Positions 63,501 to 64,000 of a DNA stretch of 64,000 nucleotides are shown here, piece by piece. Each line of letters starts with the position of its first letter. Position 1 is the stretch's first letter. The notes beneath the pieces are model-generated. The model did not search any database. It saw only the letters and a program-made list of their open reading frames with translations, and was not told where the DNA came from. The stretch spans positions 18,658 to 82,657 of the forward strand of contig CAZDIA010000008.1 in NCBI GenBank assembly GCA_964505385.1. Direction: 5' to 3'. The DNA comes from an uncultured Chitinophagales bacterium (GTDB lineage Bacteria > Bacteroidota > Rhodothermia > Balneolales > Natronogracilivirgulaceae). Made by a program: the position numbers and the translations under genes.

Positions 63501-64000
63501 CCAGATCGGATGCTGACACACTTGCATCACGATCACGGTAAGCTTCCAGCAACTCCTCATCAAAGCGGTCCTGCGTCTGATTGGGAATTGAATACCTGCC
63601 GTCAGCATCCTCGATGGTTCCGAGGTCGGTCAACGCAATGGCCCTTCGTTGATCATCCTCAGCCTCCTCCGAAATATTCAGCAGGTAGACATCCATCCTG
63701 GTGATATCATATAACCTGGTGCTGATTACCGGATCGCTCATTACCCGTTCAAACTCCTGCCTGGAATAGTAATCCAGGAAGAAGTGGCGATCCTCCTGAT
63801 AATCTGTTGGCCGCACTTCGATTTCCTGCTCAGTTGATCCGTCCGATATGGTTTCGGTCTGGCTATCGCCTTCCTGTTGTGAGATCACCGAAGTTAATGT
63901 CAGGGGACCAAACTGCATTTCCGATTTTATTCCAAACAGTGCCGATCCACCTCTGATAAGAGAATTGCCGGTTTCCATCGACACATTTCCAAGCTGTATC
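57514..64000 (-). CDS. sprA: T9SS translocon SprA (Sov), N-terminus beyond the window end
   Basis: More than 2150 aa, open to the window edge. LFGIKSEMQFGPLTLTSVISQQEG and the very large beta-rich body ending in FRFNVVVNIRSN match SprA-type cell-surface proteins. Confidence 0.9.
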   Translation of the reverse strand, partial: IQLGNVSMETGNSLIRGGSALFGIKSEMQFGPLTLTSVISQQEGDSQTETISDGSTEQEIEVRPTDYQEDRHFFLDYYSRQEFERVMSDPVISTRLYDITRMDVYLLNISEEAEDDQRRAIALTDLGTIEDADGRYSIPNQTQDRFDEELLEAYRDRDASVSASDLGVESDEFEEGYFKPLQEGEDYTFDASRGYISLERSISDRQAVAVSFAHRSDGEIINVGDVNEGGSDRIFLKLLRPSNLSTSSDAWDLMMRNVYSLNATDLRPDDIDIDLYYTGGNTDQTNLPSLGNRLLRDLGLDRVNSEGEPGPNNELDFGTGTLDAQNGRIIFPYLEPFGERIKELYEESDLPAAEVEEAIDRYAFPELYEESVSNARNRSRDNNYRILGTTRGGVQESYNLGYALVEGSVSVSADGVELTEGTDYEVDYSVGNIIITNERYLEPGQDIEIDYENQQAVQIQQTTFAGLRADYDVSENIQLGGIYFALSERPNQDKLMVGDEPISSSVIGFDGDAEFEAPWITRALDWLPILSTREESRISVSGEFAQLRPGVSQPPAVQRAIDDGELFPDEERGISYIDHFEGSRRNIDISRAGRWNLAAAPLGIPGYDQDVDNPESGLDAHGERSDMRAQFSWYTVPRATERLTGVNPADYPETRPVSVHDVFPNRDVERGEDRLETLDVYYNPHERGPYNYNHDLRDLLENRREDMWGGMTTTLASGQDNLRRDNIEFLEFWVQPVLPEGREGSGMDLENYDGNIYIDLGSVNEDVMASGIINSEDGLARAMDRNNVEVGPQGRSYVVRQRDFTGQFTTETIDIDNVGLDGATSGDGEFSEQNLFADFLDRMEEVYEDDPEMLERIQQDPSNDNFVYFEEAAVSDKPLPERFHRMNGYYEGNALSAGDRRPVTNRPNTEGLLNSARLNTDDSHFQYQINFNPADSTSLSIGESNIVDKVDGPTPTDRWYLVRIPLDEYERRVGNIDDLERVSHIRMWMSGYSEPFTMRFASMELVGNQWQIEPDLNELDFDDTDFQITTINIEENANRQPIPYRSPIGAIRPRDRTSQEQTRGNEQSLQLNVENLQSGDIRFIRRSYSDALDLLNYSNLRMFVHGEGYEDREDVQLVLRFGNDLENDYYEYRQPVSPTDPDYQFQRVRGEDGESLDSATEQEEAERVWMPDSNNVNIVLSSLNALKQARDLDDFDESELYLRDDLLEDAAPGAEIAIKGNPSLVGVNEVAIGVRNPHGEETGRGVPSLDAELWVNELRVSGFDDDDGWAANVSARIDMADFATVNARYNQETDGFGALDSGLGDRRTSDMTSYRLSSDMNLHRFLPERYGWNIPLSLSGTRRTVTPRYLPQEGDIRFSDFEDAVRASDLPEDEQDEEIDSMLDQIRTVENSYSIGLSGISKSNSQSPVLQYTLDNIRLSYRYNIDEARSDRHLFNDSWNYQFSGDYDLSIPEINRLHPFSMFEGWPIFGMFSDVGFAYLPSSFNAGASLRRDYSERQQRHFEGEDPFDVEQSHSFRLSTDFGFNYSLTRTLTTQFSSSSSLDLASIAVEDFEDIDIFRTRSSFEVFEDILFDDDISPRRSDYDESYSANWSPNIDNIRYMDWFQYDASYRGSFSWENRPEGSGLGADISNSITLDHDPVIRTQNLFERIPYYESLQDASDAAQADRQQRRDERDRIREEMEETDDEEELEALEAEMPEREPGETILQIGRRVLLSLFSLRDINVSYSTSVNSVRPGYTGGTRIYHMFNDETDAEFSPPLAYRMGFTHEIPITQMARPDDPDQIIDFEERRTTTDDLSVRSGIQPFENIRVDLDWGTTWDETITENHTVTVDDISTEFDESGNVSSSIWAFGPGYEELFRSQLSRAFRDLENGEINQPEPGEAILRSGGLNDDFRDAYMMFSGARLGRLDYIAFPMPNWNLNWSGLENHIPFIQDYLSSASINHSYNGRLQMGWRLHQDAGEEVSRNIGNISVNTFRSDYDPSSLNLERRFSPLVGLSLNWTSGLRTNIDYEHSESVSLSFSNNNVREQVSRGIRLSANFSQSGFTLPFLRRFENQIDLGLSFSYFEDMTFTYRLNQDLEGVLGEPLDEIDRDPGAHTPPDPERQGDTRINIQPSIGYQFSQTITVNFEYTYNRLLPESSNVFPRTDQDFRFNVVVNIRSN

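Noticed and set aside
1-64000. CRISPR arrays, rRNA, prophage, transposase/IS, toxin-antitoxin or known defence systems
   Set aside because: I looked for regularly spaced direct repeats, integrase/transposase/RT/nuclease-helicase-like ORFs and small paired ORFs, and none were found. The only repeats are the non-periodic intergenic elements reported above.

Overview
This 64-kb chromosomal window appears to come from a halophilic FCB-group bacterium (Bacteroidota / Balneolota / Rhodothermota-like). That placement is an inference from a SusC/SusD pair, the T9SS translocon SprA, six type-A T9SS C-terminal sorting domains, TAnnTTTG-type promoter boxes and very acidic secreted proteins. Left part (1-17 kb) is housekeeping: a partial acyl-CoA dehydrogenase with a FadR-like GntR regulator, tRNA-Asn, a secreted beta-helix protein, truA, a ccmC-D-E-F cytochrome c maturation cluster, rpmE and a ChlI-like AAA+ ATPase. 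Centre (17.3-45.0 kb) is an accessory-looking glycan-utilisation island. It holds susC/susD, an MngB-like GH38, an AGE epimerase, DUF4434, two tandem GHL10 (DUF187) paralogs, a Na+/solute symporter, an FAD-oxidoreductase lipoprotein, a phosphodiester glycosidase and several hyper-acidic T9SS cargo proteins. Three of those cargo genes share an unnamed propeller-like domain, present in four copies. No regulator gene was found in the island. Right part (45-64 kb) carries pabB, an ATPase gene that splits pabB from pabC, a Cys-less thioredoxin-fold protein, wecE, gatC, yfhO, leuS and sprA (runs off the window). Structure not explained by genes: a roughly 150-225 bp intergenic repeat in three copies, each directly 3-prime of a gene; smaller shared boxes; a CAGTGTGTCA tandem repeat; and duplicated 3-prime flanks of two cargo genes. 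I saw no rRNA, CRISPR, transposase, integrase, phage or recognisable defence genes. All family assignments rest on motifs read by eye from the translations, with no database search.
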